Below, in pieces: positions 8,472 through 17,017 of a stretch of DNA of 64,000 nucleotides. The notes beneath the pieces are model-generated. The model searched no databases and had not been told where the DNA came from. It saw only the letters and a program-made list of their open reading frames with translations. A program made the position numbers and the translations under genes. The stretch's first letter is position 1. Every line of letters begins with the position of its first letter. The stretch is from NCBI GenBank assembly GCA_963809665.1, contig CAWEKC010000005.1, positions 104,392 through 168,391 of the forward strand, given 5' to 3'. This DNA is from Candidatus Gottesmanbacteria bacterium. GTDB lineage: Bacteria > Patescibacteriota > Microgenomatia > UBA10105 > UBA927.

Positions 8472-11400
8472 CTACGGGGCGACTTCCTGCCAACTCACAG
8501 ATAATTTCTTCATTGGCTCCGGCATGGTCATGAGTAGTTGCGGGTCATAGAGGAACAGCTCTGACGCTGTGGTGGTGTTGCCGGCGTCTCTCACGTTCCG
8601 CTGGAGCAGGAAGTTTCCTGCTATAAACGAACCCTGCCCGACAAACCGATCCGTAGCAGGTCCTGAACCGGTACCTGTAATGAAAGAATGTGACGGGTCC
8701 GTAATATATATTCCTTCAACTACCGGCACGCTGGATATATACGGCACGCCCACTGACGGATCAATGGTTATATTTCCATTAACAATGAATGCGACAAACC
8801 CGGTACCGGTAATATTAATCCTGCCTTCGATACTCAGGTTGCCGTCAACAATAAATATTACTTTTTGACCTGCTGTAACCACCCAGTCGCCTGATGTGCT
8901 CATATTTCCCTGCACATAATATGGGGTGGTTCTTGAAGCAGGTTTCGGAATGGGGGACGCGGGATCTGTCCAATCCGGGTTGTCAGGGAACCCGCCGAAC
9001 TGGCTCACCATCAGTTGGTAGTAGTCCGTGTCGGGCGCCGGCGCCGTGTCGTGTGCCAGCCATTTTTGACTTGACACCCAGTCCTGGCCGTTTGTTATGC
9101 CGCTCCAGTCAAAGTTGGCGCTGGTCCCGTACGTGGCGACGCCCGGATATCCGCCGGTTCCGTTCTTAATGAATACGTCATGTGGATTCGGCGGGATAGG
9201 AGGGGGTATGAGGGATTGCATCGCTAATGCCGCATACACGTCGCCGCCGCTGGCCTGGCTCCACGGAACGCCGTGCATGTAGCCGATGTCCCACGTAAGG
9301 GTATCGCCAGCGGGTAAATCCGCAGATTGGGTTTCACCGGTGGTTGGAGCCGTAGTCCGTTGCCAGCAATACCGTGCGGGCAGATATCCTGCCGGAATAG
9401 TAGGCTGGATCGTATATCCGTTCCCGGCTGTTGCCGGATCGTACACAATATACTGGCTGCCGACTTGGGACGGCGGGACTGGAGCGGGGTGGGAAGGGGA
9501 GGAGGGGGAGAATGTGAATGTTGAACCGGCGATGCCGCCCGTGCCGCCCGCGCGTATTGTGGCGCACGAGGTGTTCGTCGGGTTAACGGTCAGTGCTCTG
9601 GCCTGAATGGTGCCGGATGACAGGCAGTAAAATGGAAGGTTAGTAGATACACATGCAAATCCCTGCGGATTGCCGCCTATGGGCACAGCAAAGACACCGA
9701 TGTTGGAGGAATACTGTTTTATATCCGGAATAATACCGGGATATCTATGCGTACCTGAGAATGTGTTACCAAGGTTTAACGAGAGGTCGCCCTCTTCGTT
9801 CGGCCAATTGGGAAACGGTTCCGGATTTAACCGCCCCTGAATGGCATTGATGGGAAAGTTGCGTGATATAACATCCCAGTCTGTTTTTATAGTCATATCG
9901 TTCCCCACAAACTCGCAGGTATTCGTAGCGGAAACGTCACAGCGATACGGAACGTTTATGGTTGCGTCCCCTGCACCTGTTTCGTTCGATTCGTTTATAT
10001 GACACGTGGCGGTTACGGTGGTCGATCCGCCGTTGCCTCCGGTTACCTCTGTTTGGTATTGAAGAGTATCGTCACTGGCAGGGCTTACGGTAGCAATAGT
10101 GGTGTTATTTGAGACAAAAGTGACGCGGGCAATCGTGCTGTTTGTCGCCGTTACCGTTGCAAGAAGGGTTGCCTTGGCTCCGGTTTCGACCGTTACAGGA
10201 TTCGGGGTGAGGGTAACTGTGCAATCAGGCGTCGGAACCGTAATCGTTGACGTGCCTGTGCCCGTCTGTCCTCCGGGCATGTGGCACGTGGCGGTTAACG
10301 TAGATGACCCCGCAGTACCGCCTGTTGCAACGGTTTGGTAGGGGGAGCTGCTGTCGCTTGACGGGTTAATTGTAGCAACATTCGTATTGCCCGAGACAAA
10401 GGTGACATTGGATATAGTCCCGCCTTGTACGCTCGTATTGGCGGTGAGCGTTCCCGTTGACCCCGTATTTAGGGTCAGGGGGTTCGGAGATATGCTGTTT
10501 ACCTGGCATGCTACGCATACTTTCGTTCCGTCGCAGGTTCCGCCGCACCCATCTCCGCAGGTCGATCCAATGCAGGTGTCGGCTGCGCAACTGCAGTCAG
10601 GGGTCTTCGTTCCGTTACATGTTCCGCCGCAACCATCACCACACGTAGATCCTTGGCAGATATCGGCTGCGCAACTGCAGTCAGGAGAACAGGAGGGAAT
10701 CCATGTACAAAAATGTTCATTACTGGTATTGCAACTTATGTCACAACTCGCCACGGTATCTAGGTTAGTACACTGATTCTGAGTGCCCCATGCATTACAA
10801 TTCATTTGGTTTTCGCCTAAATCACACCATTCGTGGTAAACACACGATCCTCCACCGCCAAATTGGTGACAATAACCAATATTGTTAGGATCACACCATA
10901 TATGAGTGATGCTACACCAGTTGTCTCCAAGGGTCCCTCCACATAATATCGATCCCTGACATCCTGCCTCGACTTGTTCAAAAAGCCTCAGGCTTATCTT
11001 TTTTTTCGGCTTCACAAACCTACCCAAGTGAAAGCCGTTCGCCTTCTTTATAAAATCCTCTGCCTTTTGAGTACATACATCCCTTGCTGGTCTTCCGGGA
11101 TCAAAAATCATACACAAGTACGTATACATGTCCCTGCTCATCATATTTGGGTCTGTCTGCGTCTTGGCAAAAGCTTCGGGACTATATTGGACGGAGAGTG
11201 TTAACTGATCTCCTTGAGTTGTTGCTCCCAAGCTTGAAAACTCGATGTCATTTCCCGCGGTATCCTTTCCCGCAAGAAGCTGCACCGCGTGCTGAACTTC
11301 CGGGGTAAAAACTACCGTAACTTTGGTAATATTGCCTGTTATGCGTTTTGTCGAATATTTTTGCGAATACAGGAATACATTCCCGAGGATTTCCGAAACA

Positions 11401-11525
11401 CTGAAATTATACCCGGGGATTTGATTGACGGCGGTAAACTGAACGAGCTTTGTCTGAAGCAAAAGCCAGCCAACCAACCCCCACACAAGAACCACAATGA
11501 GTACCAGCCACTTGGCCCACTTCAT
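8472..11525 (-). CDS. large membrane-anchored surface protein with two tandem 28-aa Cys-rich repeats and two bacterial Ig-like (Big_2-like) domains
   Basis: N-terminal TM anchor MKWAKWLVLIVVLVWGLVGWLLL; the repeats CSCAADICQGSTCGDGCGGTCNGTKTPD / CSCAADTCIGSTCGDGCGGTCDGTK correspond to an 84-nt DNA tandem repeat at about 10580-10700; two ~90-aa repeats ...ARVTFVSNNTTIATVSP...TVTATC... are Big_2-like. Confidence 0.6.
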   Translation of the reverse strand: MKWAKWLVLIVVLVWGLVGWLLLQTKLVQFTAVNQIPGYNFSVSEILGNVFLYSQKYSTKRITGNITKVTVVFTPEVQHAVQLLAGKDTAGNDIEFSSLGATTQGDQLTLSVQYSPEAFAKTQTDPNMMSRDMYTYLCMIFDPGRPARDVCTQKAEDFIKKANGFHLGRFVKPKKKISLRLFEQVEAGCQGSILCGGTLGDNWCSITHIWCDPNNIGYCHQFGGGGSCVYHEWCDLGENQMNCNAWGTQNQCTNLDTVASCDISCNTSNEHFCTWIPSCSPDCSCAADICQGSTCGDGCGGTCNGTKTPDCSCAADTCIGSTCGDGCGGTCDGTKVCVACQVNSISPNPLTLNTGSTGTLTANTSVQGGTISNVTFVSGNTNVATINPSSDSSSPYQTVATGGTAGSSTLTATCHMPGGQTGTGTSTITVPTPDCTVTLTPNPVTVETGAKATLLATVTATNSTIARVTFVSNNTTIATVSPASDDTLQYQTEVTGGNGGSTTVTATCHINESNETGAGDATINVPYRCDVSATNTCEFVGNDMTIKTDWDVISRNFPINAIQGRLNPEPFPNWPNEEGDLSLNLGNTFSGTHRYPGIIPDIKQYSSNIGVFAVPIGGNPQGFACVSTNLPFYCLSSGTIQARALTVNPTNTSCATIRAGGTGGIAGSTFTFSPSSPSHPAPVPPSQVGSQYIVYDPATAGNGYTIQPTIPAGYLPARYCWQRTTAPTTGETQSADLPAGDTLTWDIGYMHGVPWSQASGGDVYAALAMQSLIPPPIPPNPHDVFIKNGTGGYPGVATYGTSANFDWSGITNGQDWVSSQKWLAHDTAPAPDTDYYQLMVSQFGGFPDNPDWTDPASPIPKPASRTTPYYVQGNMSTSGDWVVTAGQKVIFIVDGNLSIEGRINITGTGFVAFIVNGNITIDPSVGVPYISSVPVVEGIYITDPSHSFITGTGSGPATDRFVGQGSFIAGNFLLQRNVRDAGNTTTASELFLYDPQLLMTMPEPMKKLSVSWQEVAP

Positions 11526-11546
11526 GAATCCAGTATAACAAAGAGA

Positions 11547-13256
11547 TTATTTCAAAGTAAAGAGAGGGTCGTCGGATGTATAAGAATTAAAGGCTTGAAA
11601 ATCATCGGCTAGGTGTTGAGTACTATTTTCAATATCGCTAGCAAGCGGATCAGAAAGAGGATTCGGAATCCCGCATTCAGCCAGAACACCATGTGCCAAG
11701 CACGCGTCAGAATATATAGCCAAGTCCGAACTGGTAGTAAGCGCTCCGATTAAAAAAACCGTGTTAATATCCCGAAAATATGACGTGTCGCCCTGAAGAT
11801 TCAGGTGATAGATCCAAGCTTGATTCTCTGCCCGCATCAACCTTCCTGTTTCATCGGCCCCATAATAAAAACCGGAGGCGCTATTGTATTGATATTTAAG
11901 AGGCATCGTTCCCGGCCCATCCGCGGTGAGAACCAGAGAGAATCCCTGTCTCGGATCAATAAGGAATTCTTTTTTAGCCAGTATGTCATAGATTGCTATA
12001 TCACCTTTCCCTTGTTTTAACAAATCCAGATACTGATCATAGGTAACATCGGGGTGATTCATAACATACTTGTACCGCAACCAGCAGTCCTGAAGATATA
12101 CCTGGGCTATGTCATCAGCTCCCTTTTGGGTCATATGGACTTCCGTAAAATTAAAATCTTCCCCATCCTGGGCATTCTGGGATAAACCAATAGTCACGGG
12201 GATTTCAAAACCGTCTGTGTTTCCTATCTTTGTTTCATAATAGACGGCCGGATATGCCTCAGAATAATTTCGGGATTCCGGCAACCGCCAGACATCACCA
12301 TCTTTCACCAATAGGATATTATTGGCATTATCAACAAGCCGTGTGCCGTACTTATCCTCCATCAGATATCCCTCATATTGGTTGCCGTCTGTTGCTGTGA
12401 TTGTCTCCGGGTTTGATGTGTCAAAGGGCATTTCTATGCCTGCCGGAGTCGGGGCGACAGTTTCGATGGGGGTGATGGTGGCTGTTTCCGTGGGGGTCAC
12501 GGTGGGAGTTTCAGTTAGGGTAGGCTCAATGGTAACCGTTGAGGTGAGGGCTTGTGTTTCCGTCATAGCCGGAACAACATCCGTAGTTGTCGGTGCCGTC
12601 CCCTGGGTTGCAATGTCGGGAGTGACGAAATTAACCGTAACACCGTCGCATCCGGCAAGCGCCAGGACACCCAACATGGCTGCCTGGGCAACTTTCTGCG
12701 GATCTATGGTGCCCCGTGCCTTGGCAATGACATTCTTCAGTGTGAGTTTTCCCCAGTTGGGATTCCAGTCGCAGGCCAGCTTAGCAGCACGTTCCACAAA
12801 ATTCAGAGCCAGGCGGGCCTGAGTCTGGGCAGTCCCGTATGCCTCCGGTATCCCGCTTGAGGGGGTTAATAGTGCTTCCAGTCTGGCCGCCCGCTGTAGT
12901 AGGACAACCATCGTGAGGCTGCGGTCGGTTGCCATCTTGTTATCAGGGCTCATGCCAGCCAGTTGTTCCGCACTTGTCGTCACCCCGAACTTAGCCAGCT
13001 TCCGTGAGCCTACGATCTCTACGGCAATACCGGCTGCTTTATCAGCATCATACGTGGCGTGGTCCGAAAATTCCTTGGCGCTGTTGATGGAAATCCCTTT
13101 TTCAAACCGTTCCATGGAGGCTGGCTGTTCGTAAAACGAGTTGGGGACAATATAGGCGCGGGAAAGGCTTCGGGCAACATCCTTGAAGGCTTCGGCAAAA
13201 TTGATAAGCCGCGGGCTTTCTTTTGCGTACCGTATCTCTGCGCTCATATCAATCAT
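11547..13256 (-). CDS. hypothetical protein with a Thr/Pro-rich linker
   Basis: 569-aa ORF with a central low-complexity TETPTVTPTETATITPIETVAPTP linker; no recognised catalytic motif. Confidence 0.5.
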   Translation of the reverse strand: MIDMSAEIRYAKESPRLINFAEAFKDVARSLSRAYIVPNSFYEQPASMERFEKGISINSAKEFSDHATYDADKAAGIAVEIVGSRKLAKFGVTTSAEQLAGMSPDNKMATDRSLTMVVLLQRAARLEALLTPSSGIPEAYGTAQTQARLALNFVERAAKLACDWNPNWGKLTLKNVIAKARGTIDPQKVAQAAMLGVLALAGCDGVTVNFVTPDIATQGTAPTTTDVVPAMTETQALTSTVTIEPTLTETPTVTPTETATITPIETVAPTPAGIEMPFDTSNPETITATDGNQYEGYLMEDKYGTRLVDNANNILLVKDGDVWRLPESRNYSEAYPAVYYETKIGNTDGFEIPVTIGLSQNAQDGEDFNFTEVHMTQKGADDIAQVYLQDCWLRYKYVMNHPDVTYDQYLDLLKQGKGDIAIYDILAKKEFLIDPRQGFSLVLTADGPGTMPLKYQYNSASGFYYGADETGRLMRAENQAWIYHLNLQGDTSYFRDINTVFLIGALTTSSDLAIYSDACLAHGVLAECGIPNPLSDPLASDIENSTQHLADDFQAFNSYTSDDPLFTLK

Positions 13257-13320
13257 GAATTATAGGATTTAAAAATGAATAAAGCAAGTTCCCTCTCAGT
13301 CTATCACCAAAATGTCCCGC

Positions 13321-13367
13321 TTGACAATCGCCGGCAAGTTTCCTAGTATGTGGACAAGTTATCCACA
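13321..13367 (+). promoter_or_regulatory. dnaA promoter (TTGACA-N17-TAGTAT) followed directly by two DnaA boxes (TGTGGACAA inverted, TTATCCACA)
   Basis: ttgaca 13321-13326, 17-nt spacer, tagtat 13344-13349; DnaA boxes 13349-13357 and 13359-13367, consistent with autoregulation. Confidence 0.5.
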
Positions 13368-13388
13368 CGTTGCCCACGCGAGTATTAT

Positions 13389-14771
13389 ATGGATCTTATC
13401 AAACTCTGGAAGTCTGTGTTGTCGGAACTTGAGTTGTCGGTTTCAAAAGCCACGTTTCAAACGCATTTTGCCCATTCGACACTCGTCTCCTTTACCGACA
13501 ACGTGGCCACCATCGGATTTTCCAACCCCCTCATGCGTACGCTTGTTGAAACCCGCTATTACAGCCTTGTCAAAAGCGTCCTTGACCACCATGCAAAACA
13601 AAACACGAGCCTGATATTCGTGGTCGTTGCCAAAAAGGAAACGCTTGATCCCTCCAGCGCGGGACCGCTTTTCGCCCAGACGCTCGGCCGCGAGGAAATA
13701 AGCATTTCATCGGTTGCCCGCCGTCTTCATATCCGTCCCGACGCAACGTTTGAAAGTTTTGCCGTGTCAACCACCAACCAGATGGCGTATGCGGCAGCAA
13801 CCGCGGTTGCCAAACATCCCGGCACGTCATACAACCCTTTATTTTTTTACGGCGGCACAGGGGTGGGAAAGACCCACCTCATGCACGCCATTGCAAATCA
13901 ACTATTAGCTGCCCGTCCTGCGATGCGCATCGTCTATTGTATGGGAGAAGAATTTTTGAATGAAATTATTGAAGCTATCCAGACCAAGTCCGCGCGTCAG
14001 TTTAAACAGAAATACCGGAGTGCCCAACTTCTACTGGTTGATGATGTGCAATTTATTGCCGGCAAACAGACGGCGCAGGAGGAATTTTTCCATACATTCA
14101 ATACGGTCCACCGCGAGGGGGGACAGATCGTTCTCACGAGCGACCGCCCGCCGTCGGAGATTTCGCGGCTTGAGGACCGCCTCCGCAGCCGATTTGAGGG
14201 AGGGCTTACGGTTGATGTGGCTGCGCCGGATTTTGAGCTGCGGGTTGCTATTGCAAATATTAAAGCGGGGGCCATGGGGCTTGCTGTCCCGCCGGAAGCG
14301 GCACAGCTTATGGCGGCAAACATCACCGATACGCGCGCAATTGAGGGGTTTCTGCGGCGTCTTACGACCGAGGTGGCCACCCGCAAATCTGCTGTCACCG
14401 CGGAGATGGTCTCGTCGCTGTTAAACATTAAGAACCACGGAAACGGCGTCACCATCCCATCTAAGTCCGCAAAACGTGTGAGTCCGCAGGAAGTTTTAGA
14501 TTCCGTAGCGGCGTATTATGGTCTCAAAACCACGGCTCTCAAGGGTACCAAGCGCGACCGTCCCATTGCGCGCCCTCGGCAGGTTTTTATGTATTTGTGC
14601 CGCACGGAGCTCGGCCTCACCCACGAGGACATCGGCGGGTCCCTTGGAGGACGGGATCATACGACAATTATGCACGGGGTTGAGACGATAACGCGCGAAT
14701 TGTCCACAAACACGCGTCTCCGCGAAGCGGTGGAGGGGATAAAACAAAAATTATGGGCCCAATCAACATAA
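13389..14771 (+). CDS. dnaA: chromosomal replication initiator DnaA
   Basis: Walker A GGTGVGKTHLMHAIAN, sensor motifs and the C-terminal HTH (...KRDRPIARPRQVFMYLCRTELGLTHEDIGGSLGGRDHTTIMHG). The start is moved to ATG 13389 (MDLIKLW...) because the track's upstream start overlaps the promoter and DnaA boxes. Confidence 0.93.
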   Translation: MDLIKLWKSVLSELELSVSKATFQTHFAHSTLVSFTDNVATIGFSNPLMRTLVETRYYSLVKSVLDHHAKQNTSLIFVVVAKKETLDPSSAGPLFAQTLGREEISISSVARRLHIRPDATFESFAVSTTNQMAYAAATAVAKHPGTSYNPLFFYGGTGVGKTHLMHAIANQLLAARPAMRIVYCMGEEFLNEIIEAIQTKSARQFKQKYRSAQLLLVDDVQFIAGKQTAQEEFFHTFNTVHREGGQIVLTSDRPPSEISRLEDRLRSRFEGGLTVDVAAPDFELRVAIANIKAGAMGLAVPPEAAQLMAANITDTRAIEGFLRRLTTEVATRKSAVTAEMVSSLLNIKNHGNGVTIPSKSAKRVSPQEVLDSVAAYYGLKTTALKGTKRDRPIARPRQVFMYLCRTELGLTHEDIGGSLGGRDHTTIMHGVETITRELSTNTRLREAVEGIKQKLWAQST

Positions 14772-14773
14772 AG

Positions 14774-14894
14774 TTTTCCACTTATCCACTCCGCACGCGG
14801 AGTTATCCACATTGTTATCCACTCTCTTTCCACGATTTGAATAATTGTTTTGGGCCGTTGACACAATCAACTAAAAAGCATACACTTTTCCACA
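14774..14894 (+). promoter_or_regulatory. candidate oriC: a cluster of five DnaA boxes in the dnaA-dnaN intergenic region plus an AT-rich stretch
   Basis: TTTTCCACT 14774-82, TTATCCACT 14782-90, TTATCCACA 14803-11 (perfect consensus), TTATCCACT 14815-23 and TTTTCCACA 14886-94, followed by AT-rich tactattaatatgaacattgcaatactt. Confidence 0.6.
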
Positions 14895-14921
14895 CCGATT
14901 TCTATTACTGCTACTATTAAT

Positions 14922-16028
14922 ATGAACATTGCAATACTTCAGGAAAATCTTTTAAAAGCGCTCACAAGAACGGGGAGAATTGTCGCACAAAAGACCCAAT
15001 TACCCATCATGCAGAATGTGCTTCTTACCACAGATGACTCACGGCTCAGGATCGTTGCCACGAACATGGAGACCACGGAAGTTGTGTTGGCTGGGGCAAA
15101 AGTGGAGAAAGATGGGGGAATCTGCGTTTCTTCGCGTTTGTTGACCGACCTTGTTATGTCCCTTCCTCAGGATACGATTCACATGGTAGTCAAGGAAGGC
15201 TCTCTTCATATCCGGTGCAACGGCGTTAATGCAACCATCCCCGGTGTGGCGGCGTCTGAATTTCCCCCTGTCTCATCCCTGAAAAAGAAAACCGGAATGA
15301 AACTGGATAAAACGACGTTTCTAGACGCTCTCACGGGTGTTTTGTTTGCCGCGGCAACGGACGAGGGGAGGCCGCTTCTCACAGGCGTAAAGATTACCAC
15401 CCAGGAGGGGACAGCACTGTTTGCGGCAACGGACGGATACCGCCTGTCCATGAAAAAAATAACATCGGGGAAATTCGGTGACCTTAATTTCGTCATACCC
15501 GCACGCGCCCTTTCAGAGGTCGTGAAAGTGAGCCAGGAAGAAAAGGACGTGACGGCCGTAGAAATGATAGAGACGCAGGAAGGGCAGCTGGTGTTTAGCG
15601 TGGGGGATACGCAGGTTCATACCCGCCCGATTGCCGGTGAGTATCCCAATATCGAAAAAATCGTTCCCACGCGGCACAATACACGCGTGTTGGTTGATAA
15701 AACAAGCTTACTACGCGCGGTAAAGTCCGCGTCCATATTTGCCAGGGACAACGCGAACATTCTCCGTCTCCATATTGAAAACCAAAAAATGATCGTGTCT
15801 GCCAACACGCCGCAGGTTGGGGAAAACCACGTGGAGGTGGAAGCCAAGGTGGACGGCGACGGGGGAGACATTGCCTTTAACAGCAGGTTTCTGCTGGAGT
15901 TTCTCAACGGGTTTGCCGGTGAAGAGCTTTTATTTGAAATGACGGGATCTCTTAATTCAGGAGTGTTCCGGCCCGTGAAGGACGATTCCTATCTTCACAT
16001 CATCATGCCGGTGAGAGTTCAGAGTTGA
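14922..16028 (+). CDS. dnaN: DNA polymerase III beta sliding clamp
   Basis: MNIAILQENLLKALTRTGRIVAQKTQLPIMQNVLL... has three-domain clamp architecture and a length of 368 aa. Confidence 0.93.
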   Translation: MNIAILQENLLKALTRTGRIVAQKTQLPIMQNVLLTTDDSRLRIVATNMETTEVVLAGAKVEKDGGICVSSRLLTDLVMSLPQDTIHMVVKEGSLHIRCNGVNATIPGVAASEFPPVSSLKKKTGMKLDKTTFLDALTGVLFAAATDEGRPLLTGVKITTQEGTALFAATDGYRLSMKKITSGKFGDLNFVIPARALSEVVKVSQEEKDVTAVEMIETQEGQLVFSVGDTQVHTRPIAGEYPNIEKIVPTRHNTRVLVDKTSLLRAVKSASIFARDNANILRLHIENQKMIVSANTPQVGENHVEVEAKVDGDGGDIAFNSRFLLEFLNGFAGEELLFEMTGSLNSGVFRPVKDDSYLHIIMPVRVQS

Positions 16029-17014
16029 CCATTTCCTGCCGGTACCAGCCACAGAAACAGCGTTGCGTTTTGAACGGCGCCGGTCACTGTTTTTCCCGTA
16101 CCGGTCATATAGAGGGCGGGCAGTAATAGATTCTTCTGCGGCGCATACACGATCGCACTGTCTTCAATAACAAAGCTTGAAAAATCAGGGACCACTCCCT
16201 GTTCGGGCGTTTGAGGATTGTGTGTATCAAGAAGCGTGCCCCTCCCCGCAGTAAGGCTGCCAAGAACCTCGTCGCGTGTTAATAGCGGCGTTGCGGTTCC
16301 CGTCTGAAACGATGCGGGCGGCGGAATAATATTTGCGGAACGGATGATGCCTCCGCTGTCGGCGATGACGGAGACGGGAGAGATACTTAAGTCGGCAGTC
16401 AATAGCGGGTAAGAAGCCACAATATAGGAATAAAAATAATTCTTAAATGATGCCGGCGGGGGAGTATCTATAACAAGGAGCCCGTCAAACGGGCCGTTGG
16501 TAGTTCCCGCGGCTTTAATGCTGAGATTTTGCGTCGGAGGGATGACCGCTATCAAAAACTGTTGGACTGCGGCCTCCGGCGCGATCGGGCTCAGAGGCTT
16601 GGAACTTTTTACCTGGCGGAAGGTGATGGACATTGCGCCGTTTGTTTGTGTGACCGTAAGAGCTGCATCATTCGGCCGCGACCAGGTTTTGGTATACGAG
16701 CCTCCGCGGACAAGCGTGACGGGGGTTGGTTCCAGGCCAAGGGCGGGGGCGGCTTTTACCGCCGTTTGTTCAATTGACGAAAGACCTGGGGGCTGAAACG
16801 TATACGTTGGAAGCGATGTGGGGATTGAAGGCGGCATGGTAAACGAGAACGAAACCTTCGGCGGCTGGGGGAATATACCGGTCGGGCCCGGAGCGGCAAG
16901 TGTCGGAGACGGGGACGGGCCGGCAGGAGATGACGGTTGATGTACGGTCAAAACGATGGCCACTGCGACTACAACAATAAATATGGCCCCCACAATCAAC
17001 AATATTTTATTCAT
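16019..17014 (-). CDS. membrane-anchored Pro-rich hypothetical protein, last gene of the T4SS-like gene run
   Basis: TM anchor MNKILLIVGAIFIVVVAVAIVLTV followed by a Pro-rich extracellular region. Confidence 0.45.
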   Translation of the reverse strand: MNKILLIVGAIFIVVVAVAIVLTVHQPSSPAGPSPSPTLAAPGPTGIFPQPPKVSFSFTMPPSIPTSLPTYTFQPPGLSSIEQTAVKAAPALGLEPTPVTLVRGGSYTKTWSRPNDAALTVTQTNGAMSITFRQVKSSKPLSPIAPEAAVQQFLIAVIPPTQNLSIKAAGTTNGPFDGLLVIDTPPPASFKNYFYSYIVASYPLLTADLSISPVSVIADSGGIIRSANIIPPPASFQTGTATPLLTRDEVLGSLTAGRGTLLDTHNPQTPEQGVVPDFSSFVIEDSAIVYAPQKNLLLPALYMTGTGKTVTGAVQNATLFLWLVPAGNGQL

Positions 17015-17017
17015 ACG

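Noticed and set aside
10387-10776. 129-aa plus-strand ORF, plus several others from 9097 to 10648
   Set aside because: They are antisense shadow ORFs within the 1017-aa surface-protein gene (a repetitive, GC-rich region).
12322-12822. 166-aa plus-strand ORF
   Set aside because: It is antisense to the 569-aa gene across its Thr/Pro-rich linker and has a low-complexity Val/Ser/Gly composition.
13960-14455. ORFs of 154 aa (plus strand) and 152 aa (minus strand) inside dnaA
   Set aside because: Both are in alternative frames or antisense to dnaA. The dnaA reading frame is unambiguous.
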